Assembly (NCBI GenBank): GCA_035707985.1
Contig: DASSTL010000015.1
Span: 26,798-90,797, forward strand
DNA length: 64,000 nucleotides
Direction: 5' to 3'
Origin: Nocardioides sp.
GTDB taxonomy: Bacteria; Actinomycetota; Actinomycetes; Propionibacteriales; Nocardioidaceae
Positions 16,686 through 29,269 of this stretch are shown one piece after another. The notes under the pieces were generated by a model. That model was not told the DNA's origin and ran no database searches. It saw nothing but the letters and a program-made list of their open reading frames with translations. A program made the translations under genes and the position numbers. Numbering within the stretch: the first letter of the stretch is position 1; the number at the start of each line of letters is the position of its first letter.

Positions 16686-18704
16686 ATGTCCGGTGCCGGC
16701 AAGTGCCTCTTGTGGTTGACCGCCCTGGCCACGGCGTCATTGACGTTGACGGGTTGCCAGTCCTCGGAGGCTCGGCTGGCCTCGACGAAGGACCCGACGG
16801 CGACGTCCTCCGGGCGCGCGGTCCGGGACCCACAACCAAGGTCGCGTCCGAGCCACTTCCGCGAGCCCACGTCCCCTGCGACCCCGTCCCCCGCGGCCGA
16901 AGGGTTCGCCCCCGAGAAGCCCTATGTGCTGGTCGTCAGCGACGGGACCGACGAGGTCCGCGTGGCCGGCCGCGACGTGCGCTTCCCCGGACCGGTCTCG
17001 GACGCCGTCGTGTCGCCGAACGGCATGGTCATCGCCTACGTCGACGGACTCGGGAACATCGCCACGGCCCGCCTCGACGGCACCGGCGTCCGCGTCCTGA
17101 CCTCCGCCGACCCGGGCGTGCTGCGTGCCCAGCCGACGTTCGAGGACGGTGGGTCCGAGATCCTGTTCAGCGAGCGGGGTCACGACGGCGTCTGGCGGAT
17201 CAAGGAGGTCGCCGCCGACGGCCATGACGACCTCACGAGCGGCCGGACCGACCCGACGCTGGAGGAGACCGTGTCCGACGGAGGCCACGACACGGCTCCG
17301 AGCGCCACGTGGTACCAAGCCTCCCACGAGGACACGGCCCACAGCGTGTTGGTCTTCGAGCACCGCACCGCGAAGGGCGCCGTCAAGGTCTACGTCGCCG
17401 ACCGCAACCAGCGCGGCTTCGGCGCGTCGGAGCTGTTGACCGGTCGCGCGCCGGCGGTGTCGCCGACGGGTGACCGCGTGGCGTTCATCGGCGCGGGAGG
17501 TCAGATCCACGTGCAGCGGATCGACGCTCGGCCCCGAGCCACCCAGGTGACCTGGGGCCTCCATCCCACCGGCCACCTCGCCTGGTCCCCCGACGGTCGC
17601 CGCCTCTTCTTCAGCACCGGCACCGACGTCGAGTCGGTCAGCAGCAGGCCGGCTCGGCCGGGGCGGAGTCCGGCGCACGTCGTGCTGCACCATCCCGGGG
17701 TCGCGAGCCCCGGGACGATCGCGAAGCCGACGGTCGGGGCGTACGCGGGCACCGATCCCGTGCGCACCGCCCTCGAGATCTCACGGGCGCACTTCGTGGA
17801 CGGCACCGACCTTCCCGACGACGAGGGTGCCGCCAACGGGATCGCGTGGGCCGACCACGTGACGCTGCTGAGCACCGACGACCCCTCGGCTGCCGCTCCG
17901 GCGGCCGCGATCGCTGCCGGCGGTCCCGTTCTCTTCGTGCGCGACGGGCGGCTCGACCCCCGCGTCCGGGACGAGATCCTGCGTCTGCTGCAGCGTCCCC
18001 GAGGGTACGGGCGCGGGACCGTGGACGTCGTGGGCACCACCACCGACGTAGCGGTCAGCATCGTCTCCGAGCTCCGAGCCGTGCACCTCCGGGTGCGCCG
18101 GTTCGACCCGACGGACCCGGCGGTTGCGGCTGACGGCGCCTTGGTGGACCGGTCGTCGTCCTACGTCGTCGTGTCGAGCACCGACCTCCCCGGGGTAGCG
18201 TCGGCCGCGACTGCCGGCAACCCGGTTCTCCTCACCGACGGGTCGACGATGCCGGGGCCGACCGCGGCCCGACTGAACCGGATGTGGAACGACGCGGACG
18301 CACCGGCGACCGTCTACGCCGTCGGCCGGGAGGCACAGCTCGCGGTGCGATCGTCCTGGCCCGGCAAGCGCTCGTTCACGATCGTCGACGTGGGCGGATC
18401 GGACGCAGGTGGTGACAGCCTCGCAGCCCTGCAGGTCTTGTACGACGCACCGGGGCGCCTCTCGGTCGCACCCTCGGACGACTGGCGCAGCATGCTGGTG
18501 GCCGGGATGGCCGGGCCGGCGCTGGTCGTGGACCCGGAGCAGGGCCTGTCACCTGCAGAGACCGGCTGGCTGGCGGCGAGCCAGGCCGTGATGCGGGCCG
18601 TGTACGTCTGCGGCGGGTCTGACTCGCTCCCCGGGCTCGTGGGGCATGCGGTGTACGGCGCCCGCTACGTCCAGCGACCGGCACCGACCGACATCAGGCA
18701 GTGA
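16686..18704 (+). CDS. Lipoprotein with TolB/PD40-like repeats and degenerate cell-wall-binding-2-like repeats
   Basis: Lipobox LTLTGC; VSPNG/VSPTGDRVAF/WSPDGRRLFF repeats; YAGTDPVRTALEIS and PVLLTDG..MP..T CWB2-like motifs. Confidence 0.65.
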   Translation: MSGAGKCLLWLTALATASLTLTGCQSSEARLASTKDPTATSSGRAVRDPQPRSRPSHFREPTSPATPSPAAEGFAPEKPYVLVVSDGTDEVRVAGRDVRFPGPVSDAVVSPNGMVIAYVDGLGNIATARLDGTGVRVLTSADPGVLRAQPTFEDGGSEILFSERGHDGVWRIKEVAADGHDDLTSGRTDPTLEETVSDGGHDTAPSATWYQASHEDTAHSVLVFEHRTAKGAVKVYVADRNQRGFGASELLTGRAPAVSPTGDRVAFIGAGGQIHVQRIDARPRATQVTWGLHPTGHLAWSPDGRRLFFSTGTDVESVSSRPARPGRSPAHVVLHHPGVASPGTIAKPTVGAYAGTDPVRTALEISRAHFVDGTDLPDDEGAANGIAWADHVTLLSTDDPSAAAPAAAIAAGGPVLFVRDGRLDPRVRDEILRLLQRPRGYGRGTVDVVGTTTDVAVSIVSELRAVHLRVRRFDPTDPAVAADGALVDRSSSYVVVSSTDLPGVASAATAGNPVLLTDGSTMPGPTAARLNRMWNDADAPATVYAVGREAQLAVRSSWPGKRSFTIVDVGGSDAGGDSLAALQVLYDAPGRLSVAPSDDWRSMLVAGMAGPALVVDPEQGLSPAETGWLAASQAVMRAVYVCGGSDSLPGLVGHAVYGARYVQRPAPTDIRQ

Positions 18705-18711
18705 GCCAGGC

Positions 18712-19359
18712 CTACAGATAGCGCCGAGCTCGGACCTGCGCGGCCTCCTCGTCCTGCCACAGCCACGCGGGGCAGGTCTCGTCGGTGCGCTGCTCGTGCG
18801 CGACGGCGTCCTGCAACGCCGGCAGGTGCACCTCGCCGAGCAGGTGCGGCACGAAGTCCACGACGTCGTGGTACCGCAGCTCCACCCGCTGCCGCACCGT
18901 GAACTCGTACCGCTCGAACGACACCAGCGCGCCACCGATCTCGCCGACGGCGCCGCGGGCCTCACCCCGCAGGATCGTCGTCCCCACGACCTCGGCGTCC
19001 AGCCGACGGCGGGCGTTCGGTCGCGCGAGCCACGGGCAGACCACGGCGGCGTACAGCATGCAGGCCCGGTGCCCGGGTGGTTCCACCGTGGTCGCGGTGT
19101 TCTCGAACCCGCTCGGGTCGGTCGCGATCGCGACCGCTTCGTCCGCGGCGACCACCCGCCACACCGGCCCCTTGCCGAGCGAGAGACCGCAGATCGAGCA
19201 GCGACGCTCGACGGCGCACACGAGGATCCGCGCCGGACTCGTGACCGCGAAGTCGGGGGCACCGTCGCGCCACGGAGTGATCGCCAGCACCGGGTACCCA
19301 CGCGCGTCGCGGGGTCGTGCCGCGACCGCAGCCGGCGTCGGCACCTGGTCTGGCTGCAC
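18712..19359 (-). CDS. Hypothetical Cys/His-motif protein (possibly phage-related)
   Basis: From GTG 19359: RPRDARGYPV...DF...RCSICG...EPPGHRACMLYAAVVCPWL. Confidence 0.65.
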   Translation of the reverse strand: MQPDQVPTPAAVAARPRDARGYPVLAITPWRDGAPDFAVTSPARILVCAVERRCSICGLSLGKGPVWRVVAADEAVAIATDPSGFENTATTVEPPGHRACMLYAAVVCPWLARPNARRRLDAEVVGTTILRGEARGAVGEIGGALVSFERYEFTVRQRVELRYHDVVDFVPHLLGEVHLPALQDAVAHEQRTDETCPAWLWQDEEAAQVRARRYL

Positions 19360-19391
19360 GCCCGCCAGGCTAGTCGGGCGAGGAGGCGTGC

Positions 19392-20312
19392 TCAGCGCAC
19401 GGTGATCGGAGCGTCGGGCGCCTCGAACTCCACCGCCGTCGTGACCCGTGAACGCCGCAGGACCAGGCCGGCCACAGCGATCGCGACCGCCGTCGCCAGC
19501 AGCATCAAGGTCGCCAGCGCGTTGACCGCCGGTGTGATCCCGAAGCGGACGGCGGAGTAGAGCACGATCGGCCAGGTGTTGGTCGTGCCGTTGGTGAAGG
19601 CGGGCAGCACGTAGTCGTCGAACGAGAACGTGAACGACAGCAGGGCCGCGGACAGGATCGCCGGGAAGAGCCGGGGCAGCGTGATCTGCCGGAACGTCGC
19701 CAGCCGACCCGACCCGAGGTCGTAGCCGGCCTCCTCGAGTGTGTCGCCCATGCCCACGAATCTGGCTCTGATCACCAGCATCGCCAACGACGCCCCGAAG
19801 ACCACCTGCCCGAGGAAGATCGTCCACGCGCCCAGCGGCGGGAAGGCCGGGATGTAGTTGCGCACCTGGACGAAGAAGATCAGCGACGCGACAGCGATCA
19901 CGATCTCGGGGACGACCAGCGTCAGGTACACCAGCGAGTCGAAGGGCGCCCGCAGGAACTTGTTCATCCGCGCCAGCGCCAGCGCCGCGCCCAGCCCCAG
20001 CAGCGTCGAGACGATCGCGGCCGCCGCCGCGATCTTGGCGCTGGTGACGATCGCCGGGATGTACGTCGGGTCGTGCAGGCCGGCGTCGAACCAGCACGTC
20101 GTGAACCCGTTCCACACCGTGACGTTGCCGACCTGGCTGGGGGGCAGGTCGCAGACGTTCGAGCCGTGGAACCCCTCGAGCGCGGCGGCGGAGGGCTTGT
20201 TGAACGCGAACAGCACCATCACCGCGATCGGCAGGTAGAGGAAGCCGAACACCACCATCGCCCACGCGGTGAAGCCGCGCTTGGCGGTGAGGACCTTCCT
20301 GCGGCTAGGCAC
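19392..20312 (-). CDS. potC: Polyamine ABC transporter permease (PotC-like)
   Basis: FLYLPIAVMVLFAFN, LEEAGYDLG EAA loop, FTFSFDDY. Confidence 0.85.
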   Translation of the reverse strand: MPSRRKVLTAKRGFTAWAMVVFGFLYLPIAVMVLFAFNKPSAAALEGFHGSNVCDLPPSQVGNVTVWNGFTTCWFDAGLHDPTYIPAIVTSAKIAAAAAIVSTLLGLGAALALARMNKFLRAPFDSLVYLTLVVPEIVIAVASLIFFVQVRNYIPAFPPLGAWTIFLGQVVFGASLAMLVIRARFVGMGDTLEEAGYDLGSGRLATFRQITLPRLFPAILSAALLSFTFSFDDYVLPAFTNGTTNTWPIVLYSAVRFGITPAVNALATLMLLATAVAIAVAGLVLRRSRVTTAVEFEAPDAPITVR

Positions 20313-21147
20313 CGAACCGCTCCTCCTTCGTCGCGAAGACGATGTAGAGGGCGACGAAGCCGGACAGCGCGATCATGAGGCTGATCGACATCGCCGAGCC
20401 GAAGGGCTGGTTCTGGGCCGACGCGAACTGGTCGCCGATGACGTTGCCGACGAACTCGTAGTTACCGCCGCCCAGGATGTTGGGGATGATGTACTCCCCG
20501 CACATCGGGATGAAGACCAGCAGCCCCCCGGTGACCACACCCGGGAGCGTGAGCCGCAGGGTGATCTGGCGGAAGGCGTTGAAGGGCTTGGCACCGAGAT
20601 CGGTGGCGGCCTCGACGAGCGACCAGTCCATGCGCTCCAGGGACGCGAACACCGGGATGATGAACAACGGCAGGTAGTTGTAGACGAGCCCCAGCGCCAC
20701 GGCCCACTTGGTGAACATGATGTTGATGCCGAGGTGCGTGGCGAGGTAGCCGTGCTCGTCGAGGATGATCTTCAGCGCGTAGGTGCGGATCAGGAACGAC
20801 GTCCAGAACGGCACCAGGATCAGCAGCAGCGCGAGCAGCTTGTACGTCGACAGGTAGCGCGCCATCCAGTACGCGATCGGGTAGCCGACCAGGATCGTGA
20901 GCAGCGATCCTCCCGCTGCCATCAGCAGCGTGCGGTAGAAGATCTTCAAGTACAGCGAGTCGAGCACCAGGTGGTACTGGCTGGTGTCGAAGCCGTAGGT
21001 GATCGAGTCGAAGCCGGTCTGGGTCGCCAGCGAGAACGCCACCAGGATCGCGAGCGGTCCGAGGAAGAAGATGGCGTAGTACAGCAGCGACCCCGTCGTC
21101 AGCCACGCCGGGTACCGCGGACTGAAGGAGCGACGACCCGACGCCAT
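20305..21147 (-). CDS. potB: Polyamine ABC transporter permease (PotB-like)
   Basis: LVPFWTSFLIRTYA, LVEAATDLGA, GEYIIPNILGG. Confidence 0.85.
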   Translation of the reverse strand: MASGRRSFSPRYPAWLTTGSLLYYAIFFLGPLAILVAFSLATQTGFDSITYGFDTSQYHLVLDSLYLKIFYRTLLMAAGGSLLTILVGYPIAYWMARYLSTYKLLALLLILVPFWTSFLIRTYALKIILDEHGYLATHLGINIMFTKWAVALGLVYNYLPLFIIPVFASLERMDWSLVEAATDLGAKPFNAFRQITLRLTLPGVVTGGLLVFIPMCGEYIIPNILGGGNYEFVGNVIGDQFASAQNQPFGSAMSISLMIALSGFVALYIVFATKEERFGA

Positions 21148-22379
21148 CAGCCTGCCTTGAACTGCGTGTAGATCTTGGTCCGCTCCTGCACGACCTGCGG
21201 GCTCACGTTGAGGATGTACTGGTAGTTGTCGGTGTAGCTGGACGGCACGTTGAACAGGTCGTCGCCGCTCAGGTCCGCCGGGAGCTCGGAGAGCGCGCTC
21301 GGGATCGGGATCGGGTAGTTGTGGTACTCCATCTCGGTCACCGCCGTCGACGGGGTGAGCAGCCAGTTGATCCAGGCGTGGGCCGCCACCGGGTCGGGCG
21401 CGGTCTCGGGGATGCACCAGTTGTCCGACCAGATCTCCGACTTCTCCTTGCACAGCACGGCGGTGATGTCGCCCTGCTTCTTCCGGCCCTGGACGATGCG
21501 GCGCACGTCGCCGTTCCAGCCCTGGCCGAGGATGATCTTTCCGGCGATCGCGTCGTCGATGTAGTTCGACGCACTGATCGTGGTGACGCCCTTGCGGATC
21601 GACATCAGGAAGTCCGAGACCGTCTTGAAGTCGTCCGGCGAGTCGGTGTTGGCGTCGAGGCCGAGCGCCATCAGTGCCAGCGGCACGACCTCCTCGGCGC
21701 CGTCGAGCAGGTTCGTCCGACCCTTGCTGACGTACTTCGTCAGCAGGTCGTAGAAGTCCTTCATCGTCTCGGGCTTCTCGCTGATGATCGTGTTGTTGTA
21801 GAAGAACAGCGTCACGCCGAAGTCCTTGATGACGTGGTACTCCCCGGTCGGGTCGTACTCCGCCTTGAGGAACTTGGGGTCGAGGTTCTTCTTGTTCGGC
21901 AGCAGCGCGTCGTCCAGCTTGAGCAGCTTCTTGGTCTCGATGAGCTGCGCGACGGCGTTCTGGCTGGGGACGATGATGTCGAACGTCGCGCCTCCGGCGT
22001 TCAGCTTGGCCAGCAGCTCGTCGTTGGACGAGTAGTAGGTCTCGTGGATCTTCAGCCCGGCCTTCGAGACGTCGGGCAGCGCCTGGAACTTCTTGTACGT
22101 CGACGGGTCGTCGTACTGCGACCAGTTGAAGATCTCCAGGTGGTCCTCGAGCGGCTTGCCCGCCAGCGCGTCGCTGCTGGCGGTGCTGGTGCCGGTGCCC
22201 TCGTTGCCCGTCGACGTGCTGCCGCACGCACCGAGCAGCATCAGGCCGCCGATCCCGAGCGCGGAGCGGCGCGACACGGGGTGGCCGACCACGTCCACGA
22301 CGTCGCGGTACAGGCGGTCGAGCTTCGGCTTGGACTCCAGGGGGGCGAGGAGGTTCAGGTGGTCGGGTCGGTCGGTCAT
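21147..22379 (-). CDS. potD: Spermidine/putrescine-binding lipoprotein (PotD/PotF-like) with Tat-like signal
   Basis: SRRSALG...LGAC; FNWSQY, YSSNDELLAKL, GWNGD, WSDNWCIP. Confidence 0.85.
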   Translation of the reverse strand: MTDRPDHLNLLAPLESKPKLDRLYRDVVDVVGHPVSRRSALGIGGLMLLGACGSTSTGNEGTGTSTASSDALAGKPLEDHLEIFNWSQYDDPSTYKKFQALPDVSKAGLKIHETYYSSNDELLAKLNAGGATFDIIVPSQNAVAQLIETKKLLKLDDALLPNKKNLDPKFLKAEYDPTGEYHVIKDFGVTLFFYNNTIISEKPETMKDFYDLLTKYVSKGRTNLLDGAEEVVPLALMALGLDANTDSPDDFKTVSDFLMSIRKGVTTISASNYIDDAIAGKIILGQGWNGDVRRIVQGRKKQGDITAVLCKEKSEIWSDNWCIPETAPDPVAAHAWINWLLTPSTAVTEMEYHNYPIPIPSALSELPADLSGDDLFNVPSSYTDNYQYILNVSPQVVQERTKIYTQFKAG

Positions 22380-23512
22380 GGGTTGCCCCTGTCGTTGTCC
22401 AGCGTGGGTGGGTCGGCCAGCAGCACCGGCGCGGACCGGTCCCACTGGATCGTGATGTGGTCGCCCGGGCGGACGGAGTCATGTGGCGCGTCGGCGCCGG
22501 CCCGCTGCTCCCGAATGACCATCTGGGCGCCACCGTCGAGGGTGGCGACGACCTGTACCTCGTCCCCGAGATACATCTTGGTGTCCACGACCGCCCGTGC
22601 GGAGTTCGCGGTGGCCTCGTCCGGCACCGCACCGATGCGGAGCCGTGCCGGACGGATCCCGACCCGGGCCTGCCGCCCCTTCGTCGCGGACCCGCGCCCG
22701 AGCACGACGACGCCCGTGGAGGTCTCGAGGGCGTACCCCTCCTCCGACGCCTCGGTGATCGTGCCCTCCAGGAAGTTCATCTCGCCGATGAAGTCGGCCA
22801 CGAACGCCGTGCGCGGCCGGTCGTAGATCTCCGCGGGCGTGTCCAGCTGCTCGATCACACCGTCCGACATCACGGCGATGCGGTCGGACATCGACAGCGC
22901 CTCGCCCTGGTCGTGCGTCACGTAGATGAACGTGATCCCGACCTCGCCCTGGATGCGGGTCAGCTCGATCTGCATCTCTTTGCGGAGCTTGAGGTCGAGC
23001 GCGCCGAGGGGTTCGTCGAGCAGCAGCACCCGCGGGTGGTTGACCAGCGCCCGCGCGAGTGCGACGCGCTGCTGCTGGCCGCCCGACAGCATCGAGGGCT
23101 TGTGCTTCTCCCGCCCGGTGAGGCGCACCAGCTCGAGTGCCTCGCGCGCCCGCTGGTAGCGCTCGGGCTTGCCGACGCCCTTCTGCTTCATGCCGTACGC
23201 GACGTTGTCGAGGATCGTCATGTGGGGGAAGAGCGCGTACTGCTGGAAGACCGTGTTCACGTCACGCCGGTACGGCGGTGTCCCGACGGCGTCGACGCCG
23301 CCGATCAGGATCTCCCCCTCGTCGGGCTGCTCGAAGCCCGCGATCATCCGCAGCGACGTCGTCTTGCCGCAGCCGGACGGACCCAGGAGGGAGAGGAACT
23401 CGCCCTGCCGCACCTGGAAGGAGACGTCGTCGACGGCGGCGAGGTCACCGAACCGCTTGGTGACGCCACGAAACTCGACGTCGATCGTCGGGTCCGCTCC
23501 CACGGGGCTCAC
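22376..23512 (-). CDS. potA: Polyamine ABC transporter ATPase (PotA-like)
   Basis: GPSGCGKT, VNTVFQQYALFPH, LSGGQQQR, DEPLGALD; GGGAGG RBS before GTG 23512. Confidence 0.88.
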   Translation of the reverse strand: MSPVGADPTIDVEFRGVTKRFGDLAAVDDVSFQVRQGEFLSLLGPSGCGKTTSLRMIAGFEQPDEGEILIGGVDAVGTPPYRRDVNTVFQQYALFPHMTILDNVAYGMKQKGVGKPERYQRAREALELVRLTGREKHKPSMLSGGQQQRVALARALVNHPRVLLLDEPLGALDLKLRKEMQIELTRIQGEVGITFIYVTHDQGEALSMSDRIAVMSDGVIEQLDTPAEIYDRPRTAFVADFIGEMNFLEGTITEASEEGYALETSTGVVVLGRGSATKGRQARVGIRPARLRIGAVPDEATANSARAVVDTKMYLGDEVQVVATLDGGAQMVIREQRAGADAPHDSVRPGDHITIQWDRSAPVLLADPPTLDNDRGNP

Positions 23513-23564
23513 GTCGGTGGCCTCCCACACAGGCTCCCGCCCGAGACGGTCGTTGTAGAGCGGC

Positions 23565-23640
23565 AACGTAACCTCACGAAAATCGCTGGTCAATGCCCGT
23601 GATCCGTGGCGAGACCGTTTTGAGACTTCGGATTCCGAAG
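23565..23640 (-). promoter_or_regulatory. Sigma-A-type promoter of the pot operon plus upstream palindrome
   Basis: Minus strand TTGACC (23593-23588), 17 nt, TACGTT (23570-23565); palindrome CTTCGGATTCCGAAG at 23626-23640. Confidence 0.6.
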
Positions 23641-23650
23641 GATCGGGCGC

Positions 23651-24415
23651 TCAGGCCTTGCCGAACCGCCGGTCCCGAGCGGCGTAGATCTCGATCGCCT
23701 TCCACAGCGCCAGCCGGTCGACGTCGGGCCACAGGATGTCGGTGAACACCAGCTCGGCGTACGCCGCCTGCCAGAGCATGAAGTTGGACAGCCGGTGCTC
23801 CCCCGACGTCCGCCAGAGCATGTCGGCCTCGCCCAGAGCGGGCACGTAGAGGTGCCGGCCGAACGTCTTCTCGTCGACCTTCTCCGGGTCGAGCCGACCA
23901 GCCGCGACCGCACGTGCGATCGAACGAGCGGTGTCGGCGACCTCGGCGCGACCGCCGTAGTTCACGCACATGTTGAGGGTCATCACGTCGTTGCCGCGGG
24001 TGAGCTCCTCGGCGACCTGGAGCTCCTTGATCACCGACTTCCACAGCCGCGGTGCCCGGCCCGACCAGGTGACCCGCACACCCATCTCGTGCATCTCGTC
24101 GCGTCGCCGCCTGATGACGTCGCGGTTGAAGCCCATCAGGAAGCGGACCTCCTCGGGCGAGCGCGTCCAGTTCTCGGTGGAGAAGGCGTACGCCGAGATC
24201 GCTTTCACCCCGATCTCGATCGCGCCCTCGACGACGTCGAACAGCGCCGCCTCGCCGCGCTTGTGACCCTCGGTCCGCGGCAGACCACGCGCCTTCGCCC
24301 ACCGACCGTTGCCGTCCATCGTGATGGCGACGTGACGCGGGACCAGGTCGCGCGGGAGCGCCGGCGGGCGCGCGCCGGACGGGTGGGGATGGGGAGGTCG
24401 CACCACGCGGGTCAC
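23651..24415 (-). CDS. uppS: Isoprenyl (cis-polyprenyl diphosphate) synthase
   Basis: [37 protein letters not shown]. Confidence 0.95.
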   Translation of the reverse strand: MTRVVRPPHPHPSGARPPALPRDLVPRHVAITMDGNGRWAKARGLPRTEGHKRGEAALFDVVEGAIEIGVKAISAYAFSTENWTRSPEEVRFLMGFNRDVIRRRRDEMHEMGVRVTWSGRAPRLWKSVIKELQVAEELTRGNDVMTLNMCVNYGGRAEVADTARSIARAVAAGRLDPEKVDEKTFGRHLYVPALGEADMLWRTSGEHRLSNFMLWQAAYAELVFTDILWPDVDRLALWKAIEIYAARDRRFGKA

Positions 24416-25140
24416 CGCTCGACGTACTCCAGCGACCGCAGTCCTCGCTCCAGGTGCCAGTGCAGGAACGCCGCGACGAGCCCGGACGCCTCGCGCAGGT
24501 GACGCTGGTCGGCCGACTCGACGACCGCCCAGTCGCCGGCCAGCAGGGCGCCCATCACCTCGAGGGTCCCGGCCGCCGGGGAGGCCGCTCCCGGCACGCG
24601 GCAGTCGGCACACAGGGCACCACCGGCCGCCGGGGAGAACCATCGGTGCGGCCCCGGGTCGCCGCACCGCGCGCAGTGGGTGAACGAAGGCGCGTATCCG
24701 GCGACGGCCAGGGAGCGCAGCAGGTAGGAGTCCAGGACCTGGGCCGGGGCGTGCTCGCCGTTCGTCATCGCCCGGAGCCCGCCCACCAGCAGCAGGAACT
24801 GCTGGAGCGACGGCTGCTTCTCCTCGGTGACGAGACGGTCGGCGGTCTCGAGCATCACCGTGCCCGCGGTGTAGCGGTCGTAGTGGTCGCCGAGCCGGGA
24901 CGGGAACGGGTCCAGCGTGTCGGCCTGGGTGACGACGTCGAGGTTGCGCCCCTCGGCGAGCTGGAGGTCGACGTGGGTGAACGGCTCGAGCCGCGACCCC
25001 CAGCGCGATGTCGTCTTGCGCACGCCCTTGGCCACCGCGCGCACGCGCCCGTGCTGACGGGTCAGGAGGGTGATGATGCGGTCGGCCTCGCCCAGCTTGT
25101 GGGTGCGCAGGACGATCGCCTCGTCGCGGTAGAGCGGCAC
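24412..25140 (-). CDS. recO: DNA repair protein RecO
   Basis: [21 protein letters not shown]...AVAKGVRK; C4 zinc motif CARCG...CADC. Confidence 0.95.
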   Translation of the reverse strand: MPLYRDEAIVLRTHKLGEADRIITLLTRQHGRVRAVAKGVRKTTSRWGSRLEPFTHVDLQLAEGRNLDVVTQADTLDPFPSRLGDHYDRYTAGTVMLETADRLVTEEKQPSLQQFLLLVGGLRAMTNGEHAPAQVLDSYLLRSLAVAGYAPSFTHCARCGDPGPHRWFSPAAGGALCADCRVPGAASPAAGTLEVMGALLAGDWAVVESADQRHLREASGLVAAFLHWHLERGLRSLEYVER

Positions 25141-25203
25141 CGGTCCATTCTGCCGGTCGGAGGGAGAAATCCGGTCGCTGGATCGCCGGTGACTTGAAAC
25201 CCT

Positions 25204-25966
25204 GTGCCGGTGACCGACGCCGCGCTCCTCGACGAGATCGAGACCTACTACGACACGGTCCCGAGAGCCACGGCCGGCGTCGAGGAGGTCGGCCCGTTCA
25301 CCCTGTTCGTCGCGGACGCCGGCGTCGGGTGGCCGTACTACGCCCGTCCCCGCTTGGGGGACGACCACGCCTTCACCGCCGACGACGTACGTCGCGTGCT
25401 GGCCCGCCAGGACGAGCTCGGCCTGCCCCGGGCGATCGAGTGGGTGGACGACGTGACGCCGTCGCTGCTGCCCGCGGTGGTGGATGCCGGGGAGCATGCC
25501 GGTCGCTTCCCGTTGCTGGCCCTTCCCGAGGAGGCCGAGGTGGCGACACCCGACAGCACGCGCGTGCTCGGACCGGATGATCCCGACCTGCCGTTGGTTG
25601 TCGGCGCGGTGCACGCGGCCTTCGCCGGTGAGGACGAGATCGCGGCCAGGTCCGTCGGCCGTCGGCCGGGGCTGATCCGCGAGGGCCACCTGGTCGAGGT
25701 CGCGGCGTACGACGGGGACGGGCGGCTCGTCGGCGGCGGGTCGGCTGCTCCGCGCGGCACGACCGCGGAGCTGATGGGGATCGGCGTACCGCCGGCTCAT
25801 CGGATGGCCGGCACCGGGACCGCGATCACCCGCGCGCTGGTCCACGCCTGCCGTGAGGCGGGCGTCCGCACGGTGTTCCTGAGCGCGGGCAACGATGCAG
25901 CCGCCAGCATCTACCGTCGGGTCGGCTTCCGAGACGTCGGCACGGCCTGCATCCTCGGGGGACACG

Positions 25967-25974
<8 letters not shown>
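25204..25974 (+). CDS. GNAT family N-acetyltransferase
   Basis: [27 protein letters not shown]. Confidence 0.85.
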
Positions 25975-28199
<2,225 letters not shown>

Positions 28200-28228
28200 T
28201 CACTCCGCAGCGAGGAGGTCCGGCCTGG

Positions 28229-28270
28229 TCAGACCTCGCTGCGGCAGCGAAGGAGGAGGCTGCGCTTCAT
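28229..28270 (-). CDS. leuA leader peptide MKRSLLLRCRSEV (LEU element attenuator)
   Basis: 14-codon ORF with three consecutive Leu codons; its 3' part pairs through an 11-bp stem CCGCAGCGAGG/CCTCGCTGCGG (about 28205-28244). Confidence 0.8.
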   Translation of the reverse strand: MKRSLLLRCRSEV

Positions 28271-28315
28271 GACGGACCCACGGTAACAGAGTCGGTGGTG
28301 GCGGTGCGCGGGCGC

Positions 28316-29191
28316 TCAGAGCGGGAGGGGCCGGGACAGCGTGATGCTGGTCTGCCCGGCGGCGTACCCGAGGTGCTCGTTGAGGCGCAGCATCGACTCG
28401 TTGCGCGCCTGGGTCCAGGTGTAGACCTCGGTGACGCCGTGCTCGGCGGCCCACCGGAGCGTCAGGCGCTTCAGGAAGGACGCGACGCCGCGTCCCCGCC
28501 AGTCCCGTCGGACGGCGGTCAGCGCGTTCTCGGCGCGCCCGGGGCGGTCGGTGTCGAGGTGGAGACCGGCGCACCCGATCACCTCGCCGTCGTGCAGCGC
28601 GAGGAACATCGGCTCACCCGCCCACGACGACGCCCACTGCTCGGCCGTCACCTGGAGCGGTTGGAACAGCGCGAAGTCGGCCAGCACCTGCATCCCGAAC
28701 CCGTCGTACGACGCCGCCCAGAGGTCGGGCTGCTCCGCCAGGTCAACGACCCGCACGCCGATCGGTGGTGCGGAGGGGGGAGGCACCTCCGCGATCGTCA
28801 GCACCTGCTCCACCTGCCGGTCGACCTCGACGAAGCCGGCCCGCTCGGCGAACGCCAGTGAGCCCGGGTCGTCGACCATGCACCGCACCTCGGAGAAGCC
28901 GCGCGCCACGAGGTGGCGAGCGAGCCGGTCGAGGAGCGCGGTGCCGGCACCGCCACGTCGGTACGCCGGACGCACCCGAGGCGCCACGAACCCGCCACCG
29001 CTGTCGGACCGGCCGGCGAGCCCGGACCCCAGGACCTCGCCGTCGTCGATCGCGAGGAGCATCGTCCGGTCGGGGTGGTCCTCGGCCCGGAGCTCGGCGA
29101 CGGTCGCCGTGCGCTCGCCCGGCACGACCTCGATCCGCACCTGCCGCCACGCCTCGTAGTCGTCGTCGGTGTGGCAGGTGGTGATGTCCAT
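28316..29191 (-). CDS. Tandem-domain GNAT acetyltransferase
   Basis: Two acetyl-CoA motifs VRPAYRRGGAG and VRRDWRGRGVA; NESMLRLNEHLGY. Confidence 0.85.
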   Translation of the reverse strand: MDITTCHTDDDYEAWRQVRIEVVPGERTATVAELRAEDHPDRTMLLAIDDGEVLGSGLAGRSDSGGGFVAPRVRPAYRRGGAGTALLDRLARHLVARGFSEVRCMVDDPGSLAFAERAGFVEVDRQVEQVLTIAEVPPPSAPPIGVRVVDLAEQPDLWAASYDGFGMQVLADFALFQPLQVTAEQWASSWAGEPMFLALHDGEVIGCAGLHLDTDRPGRAENALTAVRRDWRGRGVASFLKRLTLRWAAEHGVTEVYTWTQARNESMLRLNEHLGYAAGQTSITLSRPLPL

Positions 29192-29269
29192 GCGGCCGAA
29201 CCTAGAGGAGCGTCGACGTCACAGATATTCGTTTTGCACTGGGTTCGGCCGCAACGGAGACTGCCGGAC

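Noticed and set aside
18712-19359. Prophage at this position
   Set aside because: Only one possibly phage-related gene; no integrase, structural genes or att repeats
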